From: Stegostoma tigrinum
Taxonomy: Eukaryota
NCBI RefSeq assembly: GCF_030684315.1
Contig: NC_081396.1
Location: 248,001 to 312,000 of the forward strand
Length of the DNA stretch: 64,000 nucleotides
Direction: 5' to 3'
Every line of letters starts with the position of its first letter. Positions within the stretch are counted from its first letter, which is position 1. This document shows, one piece after another, positions 46,763 to 58,699 of this stretch. Both the position numbers and the translations under genes were made by a program. The notes under the pieces are model-generated. The model saw nothing but the letters and a program-made list of their open reading frames with translations, did no database searches and was not told the origin of the DNA.

Positions 46763-47597
46763 CATGTCACACAGAGTGCTGCGGTAGGAGAGTACAATGA
46801 AAGAGGAAAGGGAGAGATGAGTTAGAAAATAAAGGGAAGAACATTGGATGTGAACAAAAGCAGGGATTTGAACAAAGGCAATTAAATGGTATGGCTGTGC
46901 TCTGACATGAGAATGCAGCCAGGCTTGTCTTGCTGGTGGACTTTGAAGTCCTGCACCCAGGCTACATTCTGTTTCCTTGCCACCCTGAGCACTTCCTCCA
47001 AGTTGTGTTCAACCTTGAAAAGAACGAAATCACCTGCTGAGGAACTGACGGTAGCTTTTACACTGTAGGTCTTACAAAAGCCCCGAGTTGGTGAGGAGAA
47101 CTTTGCAACATCCACAGAACTGTGTTTCCTGTTTTTGTTTGCCAGGACCTGGGATGATGCTAAACGGTCTTTCCATTATCCTTCCTTTCTTTAGAAAGTG
47201 TATTGGTTGATACAACTGAGTGTCTTGCTTGTATATTTCATAGGGCATTGAAGAGGCAACCACATTGCTGTGTGTCTGGAGTCACGTGTGGGTCAGACCA
47301 TGTGTACATGGCAGATTTCCTTCCCTGAAGGACATTAGTGAGCTAGAGAGATTTTTTTTGGGACAATCAACAATGTTTGGCCATTAGGGGAGTTTTTAAC
47401 TCAGATTTCATTTTATTAAATAATGAAAAATTAATTTCATTTTAATTCATTGTCTCGCTCACAGCCAATACCATTTAACTGCCTTTGTTCAAATCCCTGC
47501 TTTTATTCACATCCTATATTCTTCCCTTTGTTTTCTAATTCATCTCTTCCTTTCCCCTTTCATTGTACTCTCCTACCGCAGCACTCTGTGTGACATG
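46763..47597. repeat. Inverted repeat with ~137-bp arms (46763-46899 and 47460-47597) and a 560-bp spacer
   Basis: The outer 41 nt (catgtcacacagagtgctgcggtaggagagtacaatgaaag) are a perfect reverse complement; the rest has scattered mismatches. Confidence 0.92.
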
Positions 47598-48390
47598 TGG
47601 ATACTGCATTTTTCTCAAACATTAGAATCTGTTACTGACCAACAGAAACCCCTCCCACAATTCACCAATTTACGATTTCAGTACAGAAACAAATTAATGG
47701 TTCCCTTACACAGTCCACTGCTCATGAGAAGTAGTCTGTTCTCCTGCTTCCTGCTTCAAGCTGTTTGTTTCTCTCATCAGTCACGTTTCCTCGCAGACTG
47801 TTTATACGATGGACAGTCAAACTGGAAATGCCAGCTTCTGTACAGTATCCGGATGGAGGCGGGAGACAGTGGGAAAGGCTGCAGACTTCTTGGGTCATAC
47901 AAAGTGAGCATGTGATACCCAACAGTGTCCTGTGTCCCTGTGCAGGGCTGGTAGGGAAGGAGGAGAGAAAATGAAAAGTTAAAAAAAAGAGAGTTTGAAA
48001 GTGTCACATGAGAAAGTTAGGAGCGAGAAACTGGGAGAGGCATGGAGAGAGTTGCGCTCAGGGAGAGGCCATGTCCATTTGTACACAGTGCAGCCAGCAT
48101 GTGAATATAGCTTCTGTACGTATGGAGGACGAAGTGAGGAGAGGGATGGAAGGAGGAAGAAAAAGTGAAAATAAAGACTTCAGAAATATGGGCAGGAGCT
48201 TTGAGCTTCTTTCACTCTTCAGCAAGGACACATGTTTGACCTTCTCCTGAAACTCCATCTTCTCACATTATCATCACATCCTTTCATTCCCAAAAACCTA
48301 CCAAAACATACCTTGATTATTTCCAGTGACTGATAATCCACAGCACTGTGTTGTTAAGAGTTGGAAACTACCCTTTGAGTGAAAAAAAAA
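47460..48390 (+). promoter_or_regulatory. Paralogous non-coding module C (candidate enhancer)
   Basis: CTCATGAGAA 47721-47730, CTGCTTCCTGC 47744-47754, AGCTGTTTGTTT 47759, AAACTGGAAATGCCAGCT 47819; pyrimidine and purine flanks. Function is inferred. Confidence 0.5.
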
Positions 48391-51009
48391 TCTTGTGATC
48401 TGAGTCCAAAATGACCAAATGCTTATTCAAGCCTTGTGAATCTCAGTTCTGGATTTACCAAACAACACTAACATCACCTCCAACATCCATCAAAAGCCTT
48501 ATGAATTTCATGTGCCAGTAGCTAGAGGTGGTGCTCTGGAAGCCAGTGGCCCTCCTACAGGGACCTGCTCCACTTACAGCATCCTATAGCTGGGTAAGCA
48601 AGGTTCCCTTTGCTGAGAGGGGAGCTTGTGTACGCCTGGCCTCCTGACAGAATATTGTTTCAGTGCTTTTGGCTGAATACTGTTGCAAATACTTCAGCCT
48701 TATAGTTTGCACTGGTGACCTGGGCATCCCATTATGGGGGAGTGTGTGGAGTCTCCTCCTGTCTGCAATTGTTCAGCTGATCATCGCCATGAACAACTGA
48801 ATATGGCAGGACTACAAACATTCGATTTGTCCCACTTGCTGAAGTCATGCCTGGCATATCAAAAGATGGTTGTGCCTTTTGGAGGCCAGTCATCACAGCT
48901 CCAGGACATCTCTGCAGGAGTTCCTCAGGGTAGCGACCTATGCACCAGCACCTGTAACTGCTTCTGCAATGACCTTTCCTTCATCATAAGTTTAGGAGTG
49001 GGGATGTTCATCAATTTATTGCACAATGTTCGGCACCATTCATGATTCCTCAGATATTGAAGCAGCTCATGTTCACATGCAACAAAATCTGGACAACATC
49101 CAGGTTTGGACTGACCAATGGCCACGAACATTCCTGCCACACTTTGCCAAGTAATGATCATATCCAACAAAGAAAATGCAACCATCACCTCTTGTCATTC
49201 AATGGCGTTACTAACACAGAATGCAACACAATCAACAGCCTGGAGGTTACTATTGACCAGAAACTCGCCATATCAATGTAATGGCTACAATAGCAGGTCA
49301 GAGGCTGGGGAAACTGCAGCGAGTAACTCATGTCCTGAAATAATTCCACAGAGGCCAGTATCCTGTCACGAAGTCACCGTTTATGTACATGTGATGCATC
49401 CTTGACACTAATCCAACTTCTGCAGAACTGCCCTCAGAGTGAACAGAACCTCTGACACTCATATTTATTTATTTATTTATTTTTCTTTGCCATAAATGAG
49501 CAAGGCCTGAGAAGGGTAATACCTACGTGGGAGAAAAACAAAAGTGATGGGGAAAGGTAAGTGTGAATTGAAAATAGAGTTGGAGGGGGAAATACTGCAC
49601 TACACCCCTTACAATTCTTACCTCTCCAGTAAGGCACATTGGTCGACCCCGCGTGTTCCCGCACCTAGGACACCCAGGCTCAAACGTGACCACAGAAAAT
49701 AACTCCTGTTTATGTCTGTCAAACTGGGCCCCCAATAGGACCTGAATAAGAGCTCGAATGAACTAACTTGTGTTCTGAAAGGTCCACCTGGCTAACATCA
49801 CAACAATTACTGCATCTCCCACCGATCCCAAGTCCAAGCATATCGGCCCTTTTTTTTTTGTAGCTTCTCCCGTGGCACTTTATCACCGGGTCAGGTTCCT
49901 CCAGTCTGTCTCAAACATGGGCAGCATGTAACACACAGTAGCTCACTTCTTGTACTCAGAGTATCTCAGAAGAAATTCATTCTCCTCGAGGTGGCGACAT
50001 CTGCTGTGTCCATTTAGATTTTGAAGGATCTTCAATGCTTGACAGAGAGAGAAAACCCATGGGTTCCAGAGCAGTCAGAAAAGCAGTTGAGGGATTGGAA
50101 CGTTTTGATCCAGCTTTTGCAAGTTTGCAGCTTTTATATGTTTCACGTGCTTGTTCGGGACTGTCACACCTATCTGGGCTTTTTACATCATTCGACCTCA
50201 CTTTGCGTTGATCATGCCTCTTACCCACGCAGTGGCCATCCCATGGCTCTGACACAAAACGTCTTCCTCCGAAGTAAACTGTCTCTATCATTTAATGGAG
50301 TCTGGTGTCTGGCATTGGTGTTCCAGATCTTGGTTCACCCTTGATGCCAGGTCTGGGAAGATCAGATTGAACCTGATTCTTTCCATTAGCAACTCCGTTG
50401 CACCTATCCTTGCAGTTGCATGAGGGATGATCCTGTCATCAAGTAGGAACCGGGACAGTTCAGAACCCAGTGAATCTGCATGCTGTTTCTTTAAGTGCTT
50501 TCAAAGTTTGGTCTGCTCTTTTGACCAAATCATTGGATGATGGATAGTATGGAGTTGTCCTTATATGACAATTACCATTGCCTTTAGGGAATGCTCAAAT
50601 TCCCTGCTGGTAATCAATACCCATTTTTTATGACCAACACGTTCAGGATTCTGTGTATCTCAAAAAATGCACTCTTGGTGCTGCCCCATCAATACAACTG
50701 TGTTCTGCATCCAGTCCTGGCCACTAGACATAATTTCCATCTAATATCTTCATTTTGGAAACCCCTGGATGACTCTGATGGCATACAGACAGTATCTGTA
50801 TCCTCAACTGTGATCTGATCTTTCCGGGTCCAAAAAGTTTCAACTCTGGTTTTGATGGCCCTTTGGATTCCCCCATCTCAACCAACTGGTTAAGTTTTGC
50901 CAGGGCTGGATCTTTTTGTGTTCAATGTCTGATATTGTCAGTTATGACTGGAAGTATGTCTGGAAATTTTAAAACCATTACGGCCTCTTCCACTGGCATT
51001 CCCACCGGT

Positions 51010-54000
51010 GGTTGTTGGGTTTTTTCTACAGACTCCCTAAGAGTTGCAGAGAGGTGGATGAGCAGATTGGGAGGCAGATACTGGAAAGGTGCAGAAGTCA
51101 CAGGGTTGTAGTCATGGGTGACTTCAACTTTCCAAATGTTGAATGGAAACATTTTAGTTGTAATAGATTAGATGGAGTGGATATTGTTCAGTGTGTTCAG
51201 GAAGGATTCCTGACACAGATCAAAGATAGACCAACACAAGGAGAAGCCACTTTGAATTTGGTTTGCAATGAACCAGGCCAAGTGTTAGACCTGTTGATAG
51301 GAGGGCGTTTTGGTGGTAGTGATCATAACTCTATTACTTTTACAATAGTCTTGGAAAACGATAGGTACATACAGCGGGGTAAGGTTTATAATTGGGGGAA
51401 GAGTAATGGTAATTCTGTTCGGCAAGAGCTAGGTAACATAAAATGAGAACAGATGTTGTCAGGAAAGAACGGTATTGAAATCTAGAGATTGTTTAAGGAA
51501 TGCATACTGTGTTCGATATATTTGTCCCTAACAGGCAGGGAAGATGCCATCGAGTGAGTGAGCCTTGGTTCTCAAGAGAGGTCAAACGATTGGTTCAGAG
51601 GAAGAAAGATGTTTCTCTCAGGTTTAGTAAACATGGATGGAAAAGGCTCTAGAGGGATACAAGGTATCCAGGAAGGAACTGAAGAAAGGGCTTAGGAGAG
51701 CTATAAGGGGGCATGAGAAAACCTTGGCAGATAGGATCAAGGAAAACTCCAAGATAATAAAGTGTGAAGCTGGATGAACACAACAGGCCAAGCAGCATCT
51801 CAGGAGCACAAAAGCTGACGTTTCGGGCCTAGACCCTCTCTGTGTTCATCCAGCTCCACACTTTATTATCTTGGATTCTCCAGCATCTGCAGTTCCCATT
51901 ATCTCTGAAGGAAAACTCCAAGGCTTTTTACATGGACGTCAGGAATAAGAAAATGACCTGAGGAAGGGTAGGGCTGATCAAGGACTGTAAAGGGAATTTG
52001 TGCACAGAGCCTAAAGAAATGGGCGAGGTCCTTAATGAATACTTTTCTCATGTATTGACTTCTGAGACGGACCTAGTTGTACAGGAGGACAGCGTGAAGC
52101 AGGCTGGAGAGCAAGAGGAGGTGGATATTAGTAAGGAAGATGTACTAGGAATTTTGAGGAGCTTGAAGATAGATAAGATCCCTGGGGCCTGATGTAATTT
52201 ATCCAAGGATTCTATGGGAAGCGAGAGAAGAGATAGCAGGGCCTTTGGAAATGATCTTTTTGTCCTCACTGTCCATGGGACTCGTGCCGGAAGACTGGAG
52301 ACAGGCAAAAGTCATTCAATCGTTCAAAAAAGGGAACAGGGATAAGCCGGGAAATTACAGACTAGTTAGTCTCACTTCAGTGGTCGGCAAATTATTGGAA
52401 AGGGCTTTCAGAGATAGGACTTCTGATCATTTGGATAGGCACAGTTTGATTTGTGATATCAGCATGGATTTGTGAGGGGTAGATCATGCCTCATCAACCT
52501 TATTGAATTCTTTGAAGAGGTAACCAAACACGTGGATGAAGGTACAGCAGTGGATGTGGTACACATGGATTTAAGTAAGGCGTTTGAAAAGGTTCCCCAT
52601 GGTAAGCTCATGCAGAAGGTAAGGAGGCATGGATAGGGGGTAATATGGCAGACTGGATTCAGAATTGGTTGAGCATTAGCACACAAATGGAGGAAAATAT
52701 TCAACATAGTGCTCAGTTGAGTGGTGTACCACAAGGTTGTGTTCTGGGTCCTCTTCTATTGGTGATTTTGTAAATGATTTGGGTGGAGGAGTGGAAGGGT
52801 GGATGAGTAAGTTAAGGGCGATAAAAAGGTGGGTCGAGTTGTGGATGGTGCGGACGGCTGTTCTAGGTTATAAAAGGACATTGATAGAACATAGAACATA
52901 GAACATTACAGCACAGTACAGGCAATTTGGCCCTCGATGTTGTGCTGACCTGTCATACCGATCTGAAGCCCAGCTAACCTACACTATTCCATGTACGTCC
53001 ATATGCTTATCCAATGATGACTTAAATGTACCTAAAGTTGACGAATCTACTACCATTGCAGGCAAAGCATTCCGTACCCTTACTACTCTCTGAGAAAGAA
53101 ACCACTTCTGACATCTGTCCTATATCTTTCACCCCTCAATTTAAAGCTATGCCCCCTTGTGCTCGCCGTCACCATCCTCGGAAAAAGGCTCTCCCTATCC
53201 ACCCTATCTAACCCTCTGATTATTTTATATGTCTCAATTAAGTCACCTCTCAACCTTCTTCTCTCTAACGAAAACTGCCTCAAGTCCCTCAGCCTTTCCT
53301 CGTAAGACCTTCCCTCCATACCAGGCAACATCCTAGTAAATCTCCTCTGCACCCTTTCCAAAGCTTCCACATCCTTCTTATAATGCGGTGACCAGAACTG
53401 TACACAATACTCCAAGTGCAGCCGCAGCAGAGTTTTGTACAGCTGCAGCATAACCTCTTGGTTCTGGAACTTGATCCCTTTGTTAATAAAAGCTAAAACA
53501 TTGTATGCCTTCTTAACAGCCCTGCCAACCTGGGTGGCAACTTTCATGGATCTGTGTACATGGACACCGAAATCGCTCAGCTCATCTACACTACCAAGAA
53601 TCTTACCATTAGCCCTGGACACTTTGCCTTCCGGTTACTCCTACCAAAGTGCATCACCTCACACTTGTCCGCATTAAACTCCATTTGCCACCTCTCAGCC
53701 CAGCTCTGCAGCTTATCTATGTCTCTCTGCAACCTACAGCACCCTTCGTCACTATCCACAACTCCAACGACCTTAGTGTCGTCTGCAAATTTACTAACCC
53801 ATCCTTCTACGCCCTCATCCAGGTCATTTATAAAAATGACAAACAGCAGTGGACCCAACACCGACCCTTACAGTACACCACTAGTAACTGGTCTCCAGGA
53901 TGAACATTTCCCATCAACTACCGCCCTCTGTCTTCTTTCAGCAAGCCAATTTCCAATCCAAACTGCTATATCTCCCACAATCCCATTCCTCCGCATTTCG

Positions 54001-54435
54001 TACAAGAGCCTACTGTGGGGAACCTTATCGAGCACCTTGCTGAAATCCATATACACCACATCAACCGTTTTACTCTCATCTACCTGTTTGGTCACCTTCT
54101 CAATGAACTCAATGAGGTTTGTGAGGCACGACCTTCCCTTCACAAAACCGTGCTGACTATGAGGGGACATTGTTTTAAAGTGAGTGGAGGTAGATATAGG
54201 GGAGACATCAGAGGTAGTTTTTTTAAGTCAGAGAGTGGTAGGGGCATGGAATGCATTGCCAGAGAGGGTAGTGGAGTCGGCCTCATTGGGGGCATTTAAG
54301 CAGCTATTAGACAGGCAAATGGATGATAGTATAAAGTAGGGGTGGAGGTTAGGTAGACCTTAGGTTTTGGGTAAATGTTCGGCACAACATCTTGGGTCAA
54401 AGGGCCTGTACTGTGCTGTAATGTTCTACATTCTG
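51010..54435 (+). mobile_element. Decayed + strand CR1 ORF2 hosting a mini Penelope (51754-51907) and a younger CR1 (52885-54160)
   Basis: VVVMGDFN...SDH, PGNYRLVSLTS; 3' UTR matches 11150-11270; Penelope TSD aaggaaaactccaag at 51739-51753 and 51908-51922. Confidence 0.88.
52885..54160 (-). mobile_element. 5'-truncated CR1, same subfamily as 22123-23413
   Basis: RT and 3' UTR sequence closely similar to 22123-23413; (catagaa)n tail. Confidence 0.92.
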
Positions 54436-57400
54436 TGATGCAACTGCCAGCAGGAGGTAGTCCAATGCATCCACAATTGCTACCTGGGCTCTTGGTGTTC
54501 CAACTTGTAATTATATGTGCTTAGCATGACAGCCCACTGCTGAATTTGGCCTGAAGCCGTAAATGGCCCTGCAATGTCCTCTTTAAGTAGAACTTGCTGG
54601 AGTTTGTGATCTGTTATTAATCCAAATATGCATCCATAAAAGAATTGGTGGATCTTCCTGACTCCAAATATGACCTTCAATCCTTCCTTCTCTACATAAG
54701 CATATTTTCGCTCTGCATCAGCCAATGTTCTGGATGCATAGGTTATGGGGGTTCCTCTCTACTGGGCCACCATGAAGGCACTTCATATCAATACCAGGTC
54801 TCACTAGGTATCACAGTTTTCTAGCATCTTAGAGGGTGAGAGCTGTTTCTTCACTTCCCTGAAAGCTATGCCTTGGCAATGCAATCATTTCCAAGGCTTA
54901 CTCTTTCTTAAGAGTTGATGCATAGGTGCCAGGATGGAGGCCAGGTTATGTCTGAACTTTCCATAATTATTCACTAGCCCAAGGCAAGACCTAATTTCCG
55001 ATAAGGATGTGGGAGCCAGGGTACTTCTGGTCACTCTCACTTCATCTTCCAACAAGTATAACCCAGTCTTGTCGACTCTGTAGACCACGTAGGTTCATTG
55101 GGGTGCCTGGAACACACATTTATCCCTTCTCAGGCATTTGTCTGCCTGGGAGAAATGTCTAAGGACTTTATTCAAGTTCTCTCATGCTCCTTATTGGTCT
55201 TCACTGTTTGTTATTAGCGCGTCATCTGGGCATATGGTGATTTGGGGTAGACCTTGTAAAATGTTCTCCACCATCTGCTGAAAAATTGTACAGTTTGACA
55301 ATACCTCAAATGGCAGGCTTGTATGTTGTTACAACCCCTTCTGTGTCTTAATTGCAGCACACCTCTGGGAATCCTCATCTAACCTCATTGTAAATACACA
55401 TTGCTCGTGTCCAGCTTAGTGAAGGACAGCCTCCCTGCCAGCTCTGTGTAGAAATCCTCAAATTTGAGGGACAGGGAATTTATCCAGATGTTAAAATCGT
55501 TTAGAATTTCCACAAAGATGAGCAATCAGTATGACCAATGCTGCCCATCCCACAAACTGAACCAGTTTGACAATTCCTTCATTTTCCAGCCTTCTGATTT
55601 CTGCCTCTACTTTTTCCCGTACATGAAATGGCATTGGGCAGGCCTTGTTGAATCATGAAATTGCTTCCTGGTCACATCACTCCTTTGAGAGTATTGAGAC
55701 CTTCCTGAAAAACATCTGGGTATTTAATTAAGACTTCACTCAGGTGGCAATATGTTGAAGTTGAAAAATGTTTGGATAATCTCGGTGAATCTTGCTCAGC
55801 CAATTTTGCCCCCTCAAGATTGGGCCCGAGCTTTTTACTATAATCGTTGGTAACTGAATCAGCTGCTTCTTGTAGTTTAATTTGTAAAACAATGGATAAA
55901 TATTTCCTGGTTTAGTTTCTCATTCTAGCCGCTATCGGCATAAAATTAAGAGCTGTAGTCCAGAGTGAAGTTTGTTGAAGATCTGTTGTGCAGTCACTCA
56001 AACAGTTACATTGGTATTGACCTTCATTAGAAAGGGGTACCCATTTATTTGGATTGATTCTGATATGGATGTTGTGAACAAATTTAACTGTTTAAAGCAG
56101 ATGTGGGTGTACTTTCCAGGGTGTGCATTCTCCTGGATACTGGTTTACGAGTTCTCTTACTCAGATTAGGTCCTGTGGGACAGTTTTGCTGTCTCGATTC
56201 CAAAATAACCACAATGGCTTGCTGACCCAGCTCCTGAAGAAAATTTTAACAATTTGGCTGAGGCTTGTTTTGTTTTGGGGTTTTGCTATGGGATGACCTA
56301 AAGTCCCTCTGTTCAGGACATAAACACGCAGTTATTATGAGAGACAGAGACTGAGTTCACACCTGAAAATAATGAACTATATGACTTCATGCTATGATGA
56401 TGTGTGACTTGCAGGGGCCATGTCATTGTTTGTCTTTCTGTGCAGCTGTTGTCCTTGTTAACCCAACTGGTGGAGGTTTCAGTTTTGGGAGGTGCCATCG
56501 AAGAAAGTTTGATGAGTTACTGCAGCGCATCTTGGAAATGTCCACAGTAAATGTTTGAGGTGGGAGCACTGGAGCTGATTAAACACGGAGCAAATGCAGG
56601 AGCAGAAATTGTGTGAAGTTCCCAGTCCTGTGCCAGGCCAATTCTGTTGCTGTAGTTGGCCCACAATGCCTCACGTATATCCAGTCTCGAATTGCTGGAT
56701 CTGTTCGAATTGTGTTCCCTTTAGCACGGAGATAGTGGCCATACAACATGAAAGAGGGTGTTCCCAATGTGAAGGCAGGACTTCTTCTCAGTTCCACAAG
56801 GACTGTGCGGTAGTCATTTTTACTGATACTGTCACAGACAGATGCATTTGCAGCAGGCAGTTTGGAGTCAAGGAGGTTTTTCTCTCTTGTTAGTTTCATC
56901 ACCACCTGTTGCAGACCCAATCGAGAAGCTGTGTCATTTATGACCTGACCAGCTCGATCAGTCGTGCTGCTGCTGAGGACATTGAAATATACCAAGCAGT
57001 GTACATTGTATACCCTTGGCATGCACAAGTGTTATTCCACATGGAAGAAGACTGATTCAGCAGAGGAGGGATGACTCCCAGGGCAACTCCCTCCACTATA
57101 CTGCTGTGCTACCTCCTCTGCTGAGTTTGTATTGCCAGAAGGACAGAATATATCCAGGGAGTGTGATGGTTGTGTCTGGGACATTGTCTGTAAGGTATGA
57201 TTCTTTGAGTATGACGAGGTCAAGCTCTTACTTGACTTGTCTGTCAGATAGCTCTCCCAATTTCTGCACTAATCCCCACATGTGAGTGGAGAGGACTTTA
57301 CATCTTCAACAGGGCTCTTTCTTTTCTTTTGCAATGCAGAGGTTGATCCCAGGAACCGACAATGGAGAACACAAGCCAAATCTAGATATTCAAGGGAAAA

Positions 57401-57589
57401 CAACTTTGGGTCAATTAGTGGGGGATTTTTACTGTCATATATGACTGAAGTACGAATTAATAAATTGAGGTGTAAATCTCAGACCAGAGATGTCTCATCA
57501 CATGAGAAACTGCACCTCAAACTGCTTTGGAAAATCCAGGTCATGCACTGCACAACCAGACTGTTTTCAACTCTTTCTTGTCATCATTG

Positions 57590-58440
57590 AATTTCTTTGT
57601 CTCCTACACTTTGTCTTTTCCCTTCTGATTCACCTTTTCACTTGTTAGCGCATGACACCTCAATTCCTACTCTTTCTCTTTCCCATTTTATAACATAGTC
57701 TTACCCTGTACTTTCTCTTTTTCTCTCTGCATGCAGCTCCATTTAACTCCCTTTCCACTAAATTGAGTCTCGCTCCCACTCCAGAACATAATCTGCCTTA
57801 TTTTCTCCTCACCCTTTATGACTCTGTACTTTCCTGTTTATCACAGCGGTCTATGTATCATGCAGCTGCAGCATTTCTCCCAGGCAACAGAATCCATTAC
57901 AGACCAATAGAAACTCCTCCCAGCCCTGTAGTCACCCATCTATAAATTCAATGTACAGAGCTACACACTCAGTTGCTCATGAGAAACTGCCCATTCATCT
58001 GCTTCCTGTTTAGAGCTGTTTGTTTCTCTCTCTCAGCTGATTTTCAAGTCTGTCAGTTTAAACAATAGACAACCTGGAAATGCCAGCTGCTGTTTCTGTG
58101 CACTATGGAGAGGGAGGAGGGAGAAAGTGAGACTACGGACCTGGCCGTCTGTACATTGTGCACCACATTGTGAATTACAGCTCTGTCTGTGTGTAGGACT
58201 GAGTGGGATGCAGCCAGCCACTGATTCCTTTCAAGTTTGTTCCACTTTTTAAAAAGGACTTGTTTAATTTTTCTTGAATCTCTGCTTCTCACACTACCAT
58301 CACATCCCTTAATACTTTTCATACTCATGAGCCGATTGAGATCATCTTGAATACACTTAATGACTGAGAATACACAGCACACTTTGGAAGAGAACTGAAA
58401 ATATCAGAACACTATAAATGAAGACTTTGCTCCTCATCTC
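57590..58440 (+). promoter_or_regulatory. Paralogous non-coding module D (candidate enhancer)
   Basis: CTCATGAGAA 57976-57985, CTGCTTCCTGTTT 57999-58011, AGCTGTTTGTTT 58014, AACCTGGAAATGCCAGCTG 58071; three CAGCTG E-boxes (~57863, 58034, 58084). Function is inferred. Confidence 0.5.
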
Positions 58441-58699
58441 AATTGTAAATAAACAACCTGTTTGATGCAACCTATGATTCCTAGTTCTAATCTCCTTAGT
58501 ATCATGTTGAGGTGGTGATGTATGATTGTTACTCATCATTCAGCGACCCAGTTTAATATTCTGGGACACAGGTTCAAACATCATCATTTCTGTGAAGTCT
58601 GTTTAGTTTTAAATAACTTATCATGATAAGCTAGGCTAATGACGACCATGGCGTTGTTGATTATCAAAGCAGATTACATATAAAAGCGATGCCCAAGAT

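Larger units (their letters stand above)
49336..56330 (-). mobile_element. Decayed Gypsy element (3' LTR ~49336-49814; pol remnants) interrupted by CR1 at ~51010-54435
   Basis: LTR homologous to 24533-24767; RNase H remnant ADAERKYA.VEKEGL.VIFGVRK.HQF.YG..F.LITDHK at 54480-54725; RT remnant SCLGLVNNYGKF..NLASILAP. Confidence 0.78.
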
